Shown here one piece after another: positions 17,847 to 30,000 of a stretch of DNA of 64,000 nt. The notes below the pieces were generated by a model, which was given only the letters and a program-made list of their open reading frames with translations, was not told where the DNA came from and did no database searches. Origin of the DNA: Candidatus Spyradenecus sp. (GTDB lineage: Bacteria; Verrucomicrobiota; Kiritimatiellia; RFP12; DVOR01). The stretch is from positions 42,913 to 106,912 of the forward strand of contig JAZLBT010000015.1 of assembly GCA_045613865.1 (NCBI GenBank), given 5' to 3'. The number at the start of each line of letters is the position of its first letter. Positions within the stretch are counted from its first letter, which is position 1. The translations under genes and the position numbers were made by a program.

Positions 17847-19170
17847 TCGTTACGAAACCATCGCTGCACTTGCAACCGCACCAGGTCTAGGTGGCGTTGC
17901 AATTATTCGTTTAAGTGGTCCAGAGGCATACCCCATCGCAGACCAAATAACATCGCTCAAAACGCCTCCAAGCAAACGCCACGCAAATACCTTTGTACAC
18001 ACTTCCCTCTATAACTCGAACAATGACATTCTTGATGATGCTCTCGTGCTTTTTTTCCGCGCGCCCCACAGTTATACAGGAGAAGATACTGTTGAATTCC
18101 AAACACATGGTGGTGCAGTTGTTGCACAGTTAGTGCTTGAGCGACTCTATGAACTCGGTGCGCGACCTGCGGCACCAGGAGAATATACACGTAGAGCTTT
18201 CCTTAACGGGCGCTTAGATCTTACCCAAGCAGAAGCCGTTGCCGATCTTATTTCTGCACGTACACCTCGCGCAGAGCGAGCGGCACGTGCGAACTTACAA
18301 GGACGTCTAGGGGCAACGCTCCTTCCACTATACGATGATACGCTTCGCCTTTCCGTTGAAACAGAACACCTCTTAGACTTTGACGAAGGCGAACTCCCCG
18401 AAGACTTTTATTCCGAAGCACACAATCGCCTCAATGCACTCTCTCAACGTGTAGAAAAAATTCTCTCGACGTGGCACGAAGGACGGCTCGTTCGACAAGG
18501 TGCACTTGTTGTTCTTGCAGGAAAACCTAATGCGGGAAAATCAACACTTCTAAATCTTTTGCTTGGATACAACCGTGCAATCGTAAGTGATGAAGCAGGA
18601 ACAACACGAGACTCTTTAGAAGAGACGTTTATTCTCGATGGTGTGCCCATCCGTCTTACAGATACAGCAGGCCTACGTGATGCACCCACAGCAATTGAAC
18701 GCGAAGGCGTTGCCCGTGCACGCGATTTGGTTGAACAAGCCGATGCAGTCCTCTATCTCATTGCAACAGGAACAGAAGATACCCCGCCACAAGGCGCAAT
18801 CTGCATTCAAACAAAAGCTGATCTTCTCGATAACGCCACACCGTGCTCAAATGCGATCTCTATTTCTGCAAAAATTAAACCGGAAGAAGCTCGTAAAACA
18901 ATCTGTAACGCGCTTCGCGAAAAGCTGCAACTCTCCGCTGGCGAAACGACTCACGCAACGCTTGCAAATGCACGTCAATATGCCGGTCTTACAGAAGCTT
19001 ATAACGCCCTCCTCTCTGCACATCACGAATTCTCCCGAGGAGAAATGGGCTATGTCACAGCAGCACAACAACTCCGTTGTGCTGCACAATCTCTTGGACA
19101 ACTCCTTGGACGTGTTTGGAGCGAAGACCTTCTTGATAATGTCTTTTCTTCTTTTTGTGTTGGTAAATAA
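17839..19170 (+). CDS. mnmE: tRNA modification GTPase MnmE (TrmE)
   Basis: N-terminal [21 protein letters not shown]; G-domain [12 protein letters not shown] and DTAGLR; C-terminal CVGK tetrapeptide. The start at 17839 overlaps the upstream stop. Confidence 0.9.
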   Translation: MDNRYETIAALATAPGLGGVAIIRLSGPEAYPIADQITSLKTPPSKRHANTFVHTSLYNSNNDILDDALVLFFRAPHSYTGEDTVEFQTHGGAVVAQLVLERLYELGARPAAPGEYTRRAFLNGRLDLTQAEAVADLISARTPRAERAARANLQGRLGATLLPLYDDTLRLSVETEHLLDFDEGELPEDFYSEAHNRLNALSQRVEKILSTWHEGRLVRQGALVVLAGKPNAGKSTLLNLLLGYNRAIVSDEAGTTRDSLEETFILDGVPIRLTDTAGLRDAPTAIEREGVARARDLVEQADAVLYLIATGTEDTPPQGAICIQTKADLLDNATPCSNAISISAKIKPEEARKTICNALREKLQLSAGETTHATLANARQYAGLTEAYNALLSAHHEFSRGEMGYVTAAQQLRCAAQSLGQLLGRVWSEDLLDNVFSSFCVGK

Positions 19171-19197
19171 TTCCAATTTATTCCACTAGATTAAAAT

Positions 19198-19228
19198 AAG
19201 AAGAGCACCCCACAGGGATGCTCTTCTT
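19198..19228. terminator. Bidirectional rho-independent terminator between mnmE (+) and the NYN gene (-)
   Basis: Perfect 10-bp stem AAGAAGAGCA / TGCTCTTCTT with an 11-nt loop. It is flanked by A-runs on the 5' side and T-runs on the 3' side, so it works in both directions. Confidence 0.7.
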
Positions 19229-19246
19229 ATTTTAAAAATTAACCAC

Positions 19247-20128
19247 TTATTCTGACGGACTGAGGAATGTACGTAAGGGACGGGCATCTTCATCTGTCGT
19301 AGTTGGCTCCGTCGACATTTCATCTGTTCGGTTCTCATTACGATACTTTGAGCGACATTCCGAACAATAGAAGAAATCCTTATCCCAAGACGTTTCTTCT
19401 TCCTTTCCGCAATTATCACATGTGCGAATTTTACGAGAGCGCTTTACACGACATTCCGCACAGAAGAATTCTTCTCCTGCCCACGTGGTTTCTTCTTCCT
19501 TTTCACAACACATGCAAACTCGCTTTTGAACTTCTCGTTGCAAGCGAAAATCCTTTGCGTGTTCATCCATATAAATATGTGGATAATCAAAACAACCAGG
19601 AGCGGTCAATAAAATCTTACTCGTAATCGAAATGTTACGCTGAGAAGTCATTGCAACCAACTGTACTCGTTTCCCAAGGCGACGAATACGACGAAGTACA
19701 GGCACATAATCAGCATCGCCTGCGACAAGTACTGCAACATCATAAACACCTGGAACAGTTGCATACCATGTCATTTCAGAAGCAAGGTTAGCATTCACCC
19801 ACTTCGTTTCAGGTGTTACACTCGGATCGCAACGAAAATCAATTTCCGTAATATCCATTTCATAACCACACTGTTCGCCCAAGAAATCATAAAAGATTTT
19901 TTGTTTCGTTGGATTATAGCCAACCTTATTAACTGGAATTGTTCCATAATAACACGTACGAACAATATCCACCTCTTGTCCACTAATCTCTGCTAAAGAC
20001 TGTGCAATAATATCAGGGATTCGTTTATAATCTACTTCAAAACCCTTTTCGCCTAATCGGTTAAAGAGCGCTTGTCGACCTTTATAAAGCCAACATCCAT
20101 CAATGAAAATCATCGCACGTATGGCCAT
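19247..20128 (-). CDS. NYN-domain (LabA-like) putative RNase fused to two C-terminal zinc-ribbon repeats
   Basis: N-terminal IFIDGCW...VAGDADYVP fits the NYN/PIN-like pattern. The C-terminus carries two copies of C..C.KEEET.W....FFC.ECR. Confidence 0.55.
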   Translation of the reverse strand: MAIRAMIFIDGCWLYKGRQALFNRLGEKGFEVDYKRIPDIIAQSLAEISGQEVDIVRTCYYGTIPVNKVGYNPTKQKIFYDFLGEQCGYEMDITEIDFRCDPSVTPETKWVNANLASEMTWYATVPGVYDVAVLVAGDADYVPVLRRIRRLGKRVQLVAMTSQRNISITSKILLTAPGCFDYPHIYMDEHAKDFRLQREVQKRVCMCCEKEEETTWAGEEFFCAECRVKRSRKIRTCDNCGKEEETSWDKDFFYCSECRSKYRNENRTDEMSTEPTTTDEDARPLRTFLSPSE

Positions 20129-20152
20129 GATATAATTCCTTTATTTTCTTTG

Positions 20153-20166
20153 GTCACGTATGTGAC
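20153..20166. promoter_or_regulatory. Perfect palindrome GTCACGTATGTGAC in the NYN-gene promoter region, plus an 8-bp inverted repeat AATGGTGC/GCACCATT at 20184-20206
   Basis: Read directly from the sequence. Both elements lie 25-80 bp upstream of the NYN start (minus strand), and CACGTATG is also directly repeated. Confidence 0.35.
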
Positions 20167-20410
20167 ACGTATGTTTATATAAAATGGTGCTAATTGTGCA
20201 CCATTACAAAGCACTTCATAGGGCTACTTTGATATTAATATAAAAACAAAAAAAGCGCAAAAACGCAAGCATTCTTTTTTGAAAAGAAGGAATATCACAA
20301 AAAACACTCTAAAGATGCTATTTTCTATCCCTCCAAGGCGATTTTAAGCATCTCAAACCAAGCTTTCTATCGCACTAAAACGTTATAAAAAATAGACTCG
20401 CGTTAATTTT

Positions 20411-20442
20411 ATAAAAAACCGAAACGAAGGACTTCGTTTCGG
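20411..20442 (-). terminator. Rho-independent terminator of the tRNA-Gly/tRNA-Val transcript (minus strand)
   Basis: Perfect 10-bp stem CCGAAACGAA / TTCGTTTCGG with a 4-nt loop, followed on the minus strand by UUUUUUAU. Confidence 0.75.
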
Positions 20443-20497
20443 TGGTGAGTTCTTTTCGTGTGTGTATGTATAAACTGCAATGCAGTTATACAAAGAA

Positions 20498-20574
20498 TGG
20501 TGGGCTGTGCTGGACTCGAACCAGCGACCCCTACCGTGTGAAGGTAGTGCTCTAACCAACTGAGCTAACAGCCC
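20498..20574 (-). tRNA. tRNA-Val (anticodon CAC)
   Basis: Reverse complement GGGCTGTTAGCTCAGTTGGTTAGAGCACTACCTTCACACGGTAGGGGTCGCTGGTTCGAGTCCAGCACAGCCCACCA folds as a 77-nt cloverleaf. The anticodon loop TTCACAC and T-loop TTCGAGT are readable, and CCA is encoded. Confidence 0.9.
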
Positions 20575-20578
20575 TAAA

Positions 20579-20652
20579 TGGAGCGGGCGAAGGGAATCGA
20601 ACCCTCGTAAGAAGCATGGGAAGCTCCTATTCTGCCATTGAATTACGCCCGC
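20579..20652 (-). tRNA. tRNA-Gly (anticodon CCC)
   Basis: Reverse complement GCGGGCGTAATTCAATGGCAGAATAGGAGCTTCCCATGCTTCTTACGAGGGTTCGATTCCCTTCGCCCGCTCCA folds as a 74-nt cloverleaf. Anticodon loop TTCCCAT; CCA is encoded. Confidence 0.9.
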
Positions 20653-20819
20653 AAAACGCAATGAAGAATACCAAAACTCCAAATAAATAGCAAGATTTTT
20701 CTTTCTTCAAAAAGAGAATTCACAAATATTTCTCTCGTTTCTCTCATACAAAACAACCTTCTTCACCCCCCGATTCTCTGCTCTTACCCTCATCAAAGAC
20801 GCGTAAAAAGTCCCTTTTT

Positions 20820-20885
20820 CAAACAGGTGCTATTTAACGAACAAACAGCACCTATTTAACGGGCAAACAGCACCTGTTTGAGACA
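20820..20885. repeat. Three tandem 22-bp repeats of the CAAACAG family (CAAACAGGTGCTATTTAACGAA / CAAACAGCACCTATTTAACGGG / CAAACAGCACCTGTTTGAGACA)
   Basis: The period is exactly 22 bp. The GGTGC core is inverted to GCACC between units 1 and 2. Unit 3 forms the imperfect palindrome CAAACAGCACCTGTTTG. Confidence 0.8.
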
Positions 20886-20980
20886 CAAAGCAATACGGTT
20901 TCATTTAGAGAATAAAGCTCCCTTTTATAACGCATAGGGTTCACTCACTTAAAACATCTCTTCACATAGGGTGTAGAAAT

Positions 20981-21010
20981 TAAAAAGGCGGGTTTTCACC
21001 CGCCCTTTTG
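20981..21010 (-). terminator. Rho-independent terminator directly after the giant gene 1 stop
   Basis: On the minus strand: GGGCGGGU-GAAA-ACCCGCCU followed by UUUUUAAUUU. The hairpin starts 2 nt after the TAA stop. Confidence 0.75.
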
Positions 21011-21011
21011 A

Positions 21012-24000
21012 TTATTTCTTACGTTCAAGTTTTTTAACGTCTTCTTGCGACATCAAGACAACTTGGAAGTATTTACAATCCGTTGCGATATTGAGAATAC
21101 GTGGCGCGCCGCCAGAGGTATTCACATCCGAAGCGACATCCAACGTTTGGACAAAATACCATGCAGGATCAGAAAGTGTCTCCTTTCCAACAAGAACAAG
21201 TGTACCATCTGCATAGAGTTGCTTAATCTCTGTTGCACCATTCATAAGTGTAACCGATGCCTGAACACTCTTTTCTGCATTGTTTTCGATTATACCGAAA
21301 GCCGAGAAGCAGAGCGAGACATTGTCACCATTATCCGTAAGTGCGTCATCAAAGCCAAGCCAATACTTTTCTGACAAATCAATCGTACCACTGTTCATTG
21401 CTTGAGCAACGTCAGATGGTGTACCAGAGGCGATTAACCATGCTTCATAGCCAGCATCTTGAGGAGCAGAGTCCTTCAACTTTACAAGGATCTTTTGCGC
21501 TTCCTTATTCGGCACCAACATAACAACATAATTCTTGTCTGTATCAAGGAGCGCCGAATCATAAGAAGACGTCGATACCGAGCGTAAGCCAAGGCCATTA
21601 TCATCCTTTGACGGATCAAAGTCAATACAGTAGCGTCTTAACGTCATTGTCTTCTTTGTCGTGTTCAACGTTGTGACAAGATCCGTTGCGACCTTCACCT
21701 GACTAGAAGCAGCATTACTTAATGCTACATCAACATCAAACCACTCATCCGCAACCGGCTCAAGTGTCAAACGATAACGTGTATTCACTGGGAGATTTGC
21801 CACCGTAAACGACGAAGCTCGAGTCTTCAACGCCGTCAAAATGTCATTTCCTTCTGCATCTGTATAAACACGAGCAAGATCAAAGGTTGGCGTTGGCATC
21901 TTTGCTTCAAGCGCATTCAAGCCCAACGTTCCACCCATATAGCTTGCGCTAATTCGATACGTCCGCGAGATGAAGGCTATAAATTCATCCAACGACATCG
22001 AGGAATAAGGCTGCTTGAAATAATCGCCAGAGAAAGTCGCACTTGTATTATTATTGGGGCCAGGAATTGTAGAAACACCCGAACTTATTAAATAATCCAT
22101 GGGGTACCACACGCGCTGTTGATTTGCAATCGCCTCAAGACCAGATCCATTCTTCTTATAAACATCTACAAAGAGAATAGACGTATTACCCGCTAATCTA
22201 CCAATTGCGATGTTGACATAACGAATAATATTAGAAGAAGCAAAAGACTGCGTCTCAAGGGTTGCAATCTCCGACAAACGCGCATCAAGCGTCAACATCT
22301 CACCCAACGAATCAACTGCATTTTCGTTATTATGCGAGAAGAGAATCTCATCGGCAACAACACCATTATTACGCACGAGCTCAATACCAAAAACAAGTCC
22401 ATCCTTAGCATAATCTACGCCAAGTTCACTGTTAAGATACTTCACCAATGCGTCATAATTCGGGAAGATTTCCATCGTACCAATAGTAGCATCATCACCA
22501 AATTTCGTCTTTTTACCATTCTCTTCAGTCAACAATTCCACCGGGATTGTTGGCGTCTTCAAATAGACGAATTGATCAACATCCATTGCAGGGACAAGTG
22601 TACCCGTTCCCGAGCCATCGTCAACATATTCTCCCGATTGCTTAAGGCATGTAGCATAATCCAAACGCGACAACTCTGCCGTTAACGGATTATATGCTTC
22701 ATCAAACTTAAGATTCGTGATTTCATTATGACTTGTAGCAATTGCATAATAATCAATGCTATCTGCACTTGCATCCGTCGAAACAATACGCTTACCAGGA
22801 ATCCAAGACTTCAACTCAATCGTACGATTATAAAGCGGATGATCCATTGCAAGCATATCGGTCGAACGCGTCCAATTAAGTTTTGTTTTAGCATCCATTG
22901 TCGTTACATCTGGCATCGGTGCATACTTCACAACAATCTTCCAACCATCCAAGGATTGTGCCGGACGATAAAGTTTCTTAGATCCGAAATCAACTTCTGT
23001 AACCGTCGTTGCACGCATTGCAAGTTCAATCGCAGAACCATAACTATCTGTGTGGAAAGGACGAATTTCGTTAATCCAGACATCATTATAACCGATGGAA
23101 TAAATCCATGCATAAGGTGCCACGCCAGCCTTTTGACTCGTTGCCACATAGTTCACATCCGCACGATCTTCAGGAACATACCACGGGCAGTAAACAGGAA
23201 GATTGTCAGACGAGAAATTCGAAACGCCCTGGCAATCAATAATTTCACCCGTTGTTACATCCACGAGAACAACTGCGAAACGAAGAATGGCGCCTTCCGA
23301 CCACACACTTTCATTTTCAGCATTCTTCATCGATAACGTTGCCGTCAACGGAACAAGCGAGTCCTCATTCTGGATCATTGCCAACGCGCCATCATCGTCT
23401 GTTGTCGACGGATCACCCGCATTCAATGCCGCTGTAAGTTCGTCATTCGTCATCACTCGGAAGGCAAGATACGGTGCTTCCGAATCCTTCTTCAAGGCTT
23501 CAACCTCTTGTAATGTCAGCGAGGTCTTATTTTCGAAATCCTCTGTTTCAACTTGATCATCAATCGAACCGCGAATACCCTGAAGCGTCATCGGCAAAAT
23601 ACCACCCTTAACATAAGGCAAGCTCATCGACTTACCACTGTTAGCAAGTTGAAGATTGGTGCGCAACTTCTTGAAATCTGCCGTTACACCATCTCCAATT
23701 GCAGGCATTGCGCCAAACAACTTTGAAATATCCCAGTTTGCAAGGAAAGTTGTTGCACTTTGAGAAGCTGCCCCCGTAAAGAGATCGGAAGGCACTTTAT
23801 TTTTATCGGTCAATGCCCAAACAAGCATCGGAACAACCGTTGGCTTTTCAGAGGTCATCTCTTCAATAATGGTCTCACGAGCATACAAACCATTATCAGG
23901 GCGAATCACTGCCGACATCGACAAGGTATCACCAATCAACGGCTGATAAATCCAACCATGCTTATCACAATGTTCGCCTTCACCATTACCGATTTCATCA

Positions 24001-27000
24001 TCCCAAATAGGATTGGTTACAACCTCACCACCCTTTGTTAAGTCAGGAGCACCAGTGCTATCCAATCCATAGAAGCTCTGAGATACAAGCCATGCACCAA
24101 ATTCAATGCTACCAGGACGCATTGCCATAACAAGATTATTTGTTGCAGACGCCGGTTCTGCAATGAGAAGAACTGCAACCACATAATCATCTGTATCTTG
24201 GAAGAGCAATCCCGAGGTTTCATCAACCACCGCATCGCCATTAAAGATAATACGACCCGTAAAGGATTCTTCACCCGCGACCTCTGCAGTTGCAAAACCT
24301 CCGAGCTCAACATATATGCGAGCCTTTTCTGCATTTGACGTGGCAGTCTCTGCACGATAATAGGTTTCCCGTGCAAGCATCAACAAATCACCCTGCGAGA
24401 ATTCTTCACCCTTTGCAAGACGTTTGCCAACAAGAAGTACTTTACCCATCCATTCTGCAGGAAGCGTCAAGTAATCATAGGTATATCCCACGCGAGGACG
24501 ATAGGTAATCACACGCTGAATTTGATTCTTTGTGATATCAGAAACCCACGAATTCGCAGCAAACGATTCTTCTGCTGTAGCGCCAATAACTGTCGTTTCC
24601 GTTGGCACATAACCAAAGGCTTGCCAACCACAAGGCGATCCACCATAAACCGTATTCAACAATGTTGATGTCACACGAATGCGATTCCATTCGGGATTCG
24701 AATCAAGACCAACATCACCATTGGCGCCATTCTCTGTGCCGTTAGTTTCAGAGGCAACAAAACGCCACAAGGTTCGCTCTGCGCGGGTTTCACGCAAGAT
24801 GTCACCAAACTCATCGGTCGTTGTACCACCGACCAACTGAATCGAACCTGCTGTATTCAAGGCATCCGTTTGCCCCTCTACAATGTAGTGGCCAAGCGTA
24901 GTAGAAACATCGGTGGTAGCAGGAATACTACTTCCACCATTAGCTGTAACACCCGTCCAAACGCCACCCTCGCCTGCACCACACGGACGAATCAATGCAA
25001 CGGCAACAGCATCTTCATTTACATCAGTTGCCGTCTTAGCAACAAACTTGTAAGAGAAAGATGAAATCGCATCAAGCGCTTGAGCATCGCTCATATCCAC
25101 CCAGTCCATCGCTGTTCCACCTGGAACAGTATATTGGACCTTCCATCCATCTGTTGTAACTTCTGGTACACCTTCACCAAGACCTGCCCCAAGAATACCC
25201 TGACGCAACTTTGGAATAACCACTTCAACAAATGGCTCCGTTCCCGTACCTTTAACAAGGTTAACCTCATTCAACCACACCGATTCCGGAGGTGTGCTAT
25301 AGAGGTAGAAGTAAGGGATTTCTCCTTCTTGCTTTAATGGCGCATACCACTCTGGCCATGCATAACGAGGACTGGAAGTATCCTGAGGAATCAAATACTG
25401 AATTGTCTCTGTCGATGCACCCGATTGTACCGTAACGGCATAAACACCCCAGGCAAGATAGGGAATCTTTGGCTCCTTAATTATTATATTGCCATTAAGA
25501 TCCTTTTTCATATAGCTATCACCCAAGACCGTTACACACGTTGGGCTATAAATCTCACTTAAAGTGTCATTCACTTTACGCGTCAAGTCTAATACCGCAG
25601 AGCGCAAATAACCAGCGTCTCCCAACGCATTCATCTCGGCTTTAGCTTTGTCAAAGGTAAGACCCGTTAACGCAAGAATCTTATTCTTCCACTCCGTCCA
25701 CATTGTATCATCAAGATATGCAGTGGGATACGTGATAATCGCCCCAACAAGGCGTGCATTCTTTGCCGCTAATTCCGCGGTATTATATTTCACACTAAAT
25801 CCGAAGGCGCTACCACACCACGGTTGATACTTCGCATCACCCGTAAGCGCATCACCACAGAATGGCGAAACCTCCGTAATAATATCCTCTGCACCCTCTG
25901 CTGCAACAATATAATTTGCAGATAAGGTAAAGGAATACTTCGTTCCATCATTAAGCTCTGGAATCAATTGTAGGACAAGACGATCCACATTCTTTGGCTC
26001 AAAGGTTGCGACCATCGTGTTCGGTTGATTGACATCCGAAGCAAACGTTACACTAAACGAAGTCTCATCTTCAACGATTAAGTTTTTAAGCGCTTCTTCT
26101 GTTGCAACGGCCACACCATCTTCTGTACTTGTCGCAGTTAATGTAACCTTTTCAAGTTTATTAAACGGGAAGGCGGTATAGGTAACTTTAACCTTTGATC
26201 CATCAGGAATCGTACGATAAATCATATCACGACCACCAAAGATCGTTGTTGTACTAATCCCATTTTCATCAAGGAAGTCAACCATATGCTGACCAAGACC
26301 ATTAACTTGAGAAGAGATTGTATTACCATTTGGATCTGCATAGTAAATCAACCACTGATCAAGGTTAATTTGACGAGGTGTAACTTGAACCTCTTTATTC
26401 GTATCTCCTGGACGAGCCTGTTCTGTCAAATTGAGCGTTATATTAAACGGAGAGGCAAAAAGGTGGCTAACATCTAGCTGCCCCTTTTCCTCATTTTCCG
26501 TTCCAAGGGGTGTATTCGCATTGGTACGCATAACCCAAGCACCACCCATGTCGATCGTTGCAATCGAGTTTACGCGCTCCTTGCTTGAAGAACGAGCATC
26601 ACCAATAAAATTCTCTGTTGTGCCATTCTTGTCATAAATGCCATCGGCATTTGTCTTAAATGTCTTCACAACAGCGAGACGACGTGCATGATCTGCAGAT
26701 GTATAATTCGCATCGGGCTTATTCGTCGAGGAATCCCAATCTTCCTCACGGAAACTTTGGAACCATTCTGTACCGAAGCCTTCTTGTTTATAAGCAGTAC
26801 GATACTTTGTTGCTAATGCATCCAGACGAGACTCGGCATTGACAGATGATCCTTGACCATCTTGCCACAAGCTGTAAAGCACAATATGCTCTGCACCACC
26901 CGTTGGACGATAGAGGCGAAGCGCAACAGCAGCACTGTTCGTTCTTTCATAACCAGAATAAAGCCCCGTTTGTGCACGACCCGCATTTTTATGAGGTTCA

Positions 27001-30000
27001 CTCGTAACATTCTCATTATTTGCGAGAAGATTCGAATTCGCATTAATGATGGTATAAAATGTTCGATTCGAAAGCGGAGTTGCACCGCCCTGTGCAGGAA
27101 CTGCACCTGGATCAGGAACAAGCGGAGTCCCTTCATCTCTAATTGCAAAGGTCTCAACTGTAGAGAGTAAATTTGCATCGGAGATATCCGCGAACCAACC
27201 ATTCATGGAGTTCTTTGCCGGTGTACAGAATTCAATAAATCGTTTCATCAATGTTCTTGATGCATCGTTCATATTAAATTCATTAATAAAGACTTCTCCA
27301 GGAACGGTGTCATAAAGCCAAAAATAAGGCGTAAAGAAGCTTGAACCCTTTGTGTCAAAGGCGCCAACACCTGCATTTTCCGCATTTGAAGCAAGCTCAT
27401 TACAACGTGTACGCATTTCCGTATTAAGATTGCGCGGGAAATACCATGGGAAATCGGTATACGAGCCAGCATCAATAATCGAATATCCATAGCGTGGATT
27501 ATCCTCTGTACTATCCTCTGTTTCAAAAACCGCCCATACGGCATAACGCACAAGTCCATTTACTTTCAACTTCTTTATTTCATCAAACGCATCCGCATCA
27601 TCAGAGATTGTCCTAAAGGTTTGCTTTTCCGACGGCTCATCCTGACGCGTAAGCAAGATGGTATTTCCTTGCAAACTTGTCAAACTCTCAAGACCAGAAG
27701 CGGTTAACGCATCGTAATTTGCTTTATTCTCTGCTGCATCCAAACGCATGAAGGTGTCTTCAATTGCAGCACGCTTTGTTGCAAACCATGTTTCGAGCCC
27801 CCAAGCATCCAATGCTTGGGCAGCCTCTTCAAAGCTTGCCTTTGTGTCGCCAAGATTTTCAGTAATAGAAACATTCGATTCTATCGTAGGATCCCATGCA
27901 TAAATCGGTGTTGTTGCAGCTTCAACCGTTGTATCCAAAGCATTTCGGTAAGAATAATCCGAAGTAACACGTTTCATCTCCGTTGGAACATTCCACGTAA
28001 AGAAGACCTTAATTGAATCTTTCTTCACTTGCTGCAACCGATCCACTGTCACTTTTACCGCAAGAGGAGAACCCGCAAGTGGTTGAGAAAGCGGCGAATT
28101 ACGACCATCGGCAACGTCAAAAATACCACTGGCGCCATCCAACACTTTCGTATGCTTTTCAAAATTGTCTCCCGGAAGCGTTGAGAAACAAACATTACTC
28201 AAGCGTACAGAGGGAGCAATTGGTTCTGTGATAGAAAGTTTATCCAACCAAATGCGACCATACGCCTCAACTTGAGGTACACCATTACGACCATCAACAA
28301 CTCCACCCTCTACAGGAACATGAAGGCGAATGCGCTTCAAACTCTTATAATTCGGAATTATTTTAGTCAAATCAACATCATATTGACGATAAAGCGTATC
28401 CTCGATTTTTACACGTGTAAGATACGTATAATCATCTGGGAAGGACAATGATTCATGAGCATCAATGGTTTCACTCTCATAACCATAGACATAAACATAA
28501 TGATTTTCCAAAGAAGGCTCGTCAAGACGTGCAGCAAAACTAATAATCCCCGCACCCTTTTCCAAAATCGGAGACTCTACATAAGACTGAAGCAAAGGAT
28601 TTTCAATGCCACCAACAACATCCTCTGTGATGTGGTCATTAAAAAGTACGGCGCGCGTAAGACGACTCTTCCATGCGAACGTCTTTTCATTAATATTTTT
28701 CGCAAGACGATCCTTCCAATAAAGAGATGCTATTGGCTCTTCGCTTAATCGAATGTTACCTGCACTCCAAAGCGCCACCTCGCCAGAACTTGACGTAATA
28801 CGGAAATCATCAAGATAAACATAGGGGTCATCAGTACTATCAATCGGAGAAACCATGACGAGTCGAAGAATACCACGTTCCATCGAAACATATTTCGAAT
28901 TTTCTAATAGACGCGGTGTGATTGACATCGTTCGCCATTCACCATTGGTTATAGGAAGCTCAATTTCTGTCGAAACATTTTCCCAACTCGACAATGGATA
29001 AGAATCATTCAAATTATCAGTATGAGAGCTTCGGGCATTTGTGTATTGAAGCAACAAACTCACCGAAGGATTCTGTACATTGTCTTTAAATTCACTTTGT
29101 AAAGGAATACGATAACGGAAAGAAATCGTTCCAAAGTTATCGCTCGAATAAGGCGTATAAAGCGCCAATGTACTTGCTGTATGATGAATATTATTCGTCG
29201 ATCCTGCAGAAAGTCCGTTAGAAGTGTTACGTCGAGAATACTGCATCAAGAGACACTGCTCACCCGTGTATTCCGTTGGCTGCGCACTATTTTGCGATTC
29301 GTCTACTGGCTGTACCCAAACACCAACAGCAGAGAAACCATCCGTTTCCGACTCATTCCAATGTGTATTGGTATAAAGAGGAACTTTCGTTCCATTACGA
29401 TTCGTATCATCACCCTGCCACGAGCTAACCGTCAAATCATCAATGAAGACTTCGTTCCCATCTGTTGCCACAAGCGAGAGCGAAAGATCTGCTCGACCCA
29501 CCGTGATAGAATACTCTTGCTCTGTATCTCCCGCGGTAAACACGGCTAATTGCTCCGATTTGCCCTCCGAAGCAGAATATCCATCTAACCGAACCTGAGC
29601 AGAGGTGTCCGCGGGGCGTTTGCCACGTTGAAGTTGTAACTGTGAACCACTTGCGCTATTCACGACCCACTTCGCGTCTGACGTAAGAAGTTCCACTTTT
29701 GTTGTGTCTGGGGTATATGTTAAACCCTCAAATGCGCCATTGGTCGCATTCATATAAACAATAGAGTTAAAGATCGGCCAACATTCCGCCGAACCAAATG
29801 CAATATGCGTTAATGTTGTTTGGGGAACTGTACTCGTTGATTTAATTGTTTTATTCGCAAAGGATGCATTCAAGAAGCCCGCATCATCAATCCAAAGTCG
29901 CGCTTCTTTATTTTGCATCGAATCCTGATTCGTTACATGATAGTCCTTAGTGCCATTATCAACCTCGAACGACTTACGTGTAGCAACGCCCCCTGTCCAT

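Noticed and set aside
19570-19585. Perfect DnaA-box match TGTGGATAA, and the idea that oriC lies near mnmE
   Set aside because: The single box is inside the NYN coding sequence. There is no cluster of DnaA boxes, no AT-rich DUE, and no dnaA, dnaN or rnpA in the window. A single 9-mer match is expected by chance.
20383-20682. 99-aa ORF on the minus strand
   Set aside because: It completely overlaps the two tRNA genes (Val, Gly). The ORF is an artefact of the tRNA sequence.
20490-21011. tRNA-flanked genomic island or integrated mobile element next to giant gene 1
   Set aside because: No integrase, transposase, direct repeat of a tRNA 3' end, or phage genes are visible. The tRNAs have their own terminator. 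Composition is not evidently different from the flanks. Island status is left untestable from this window.
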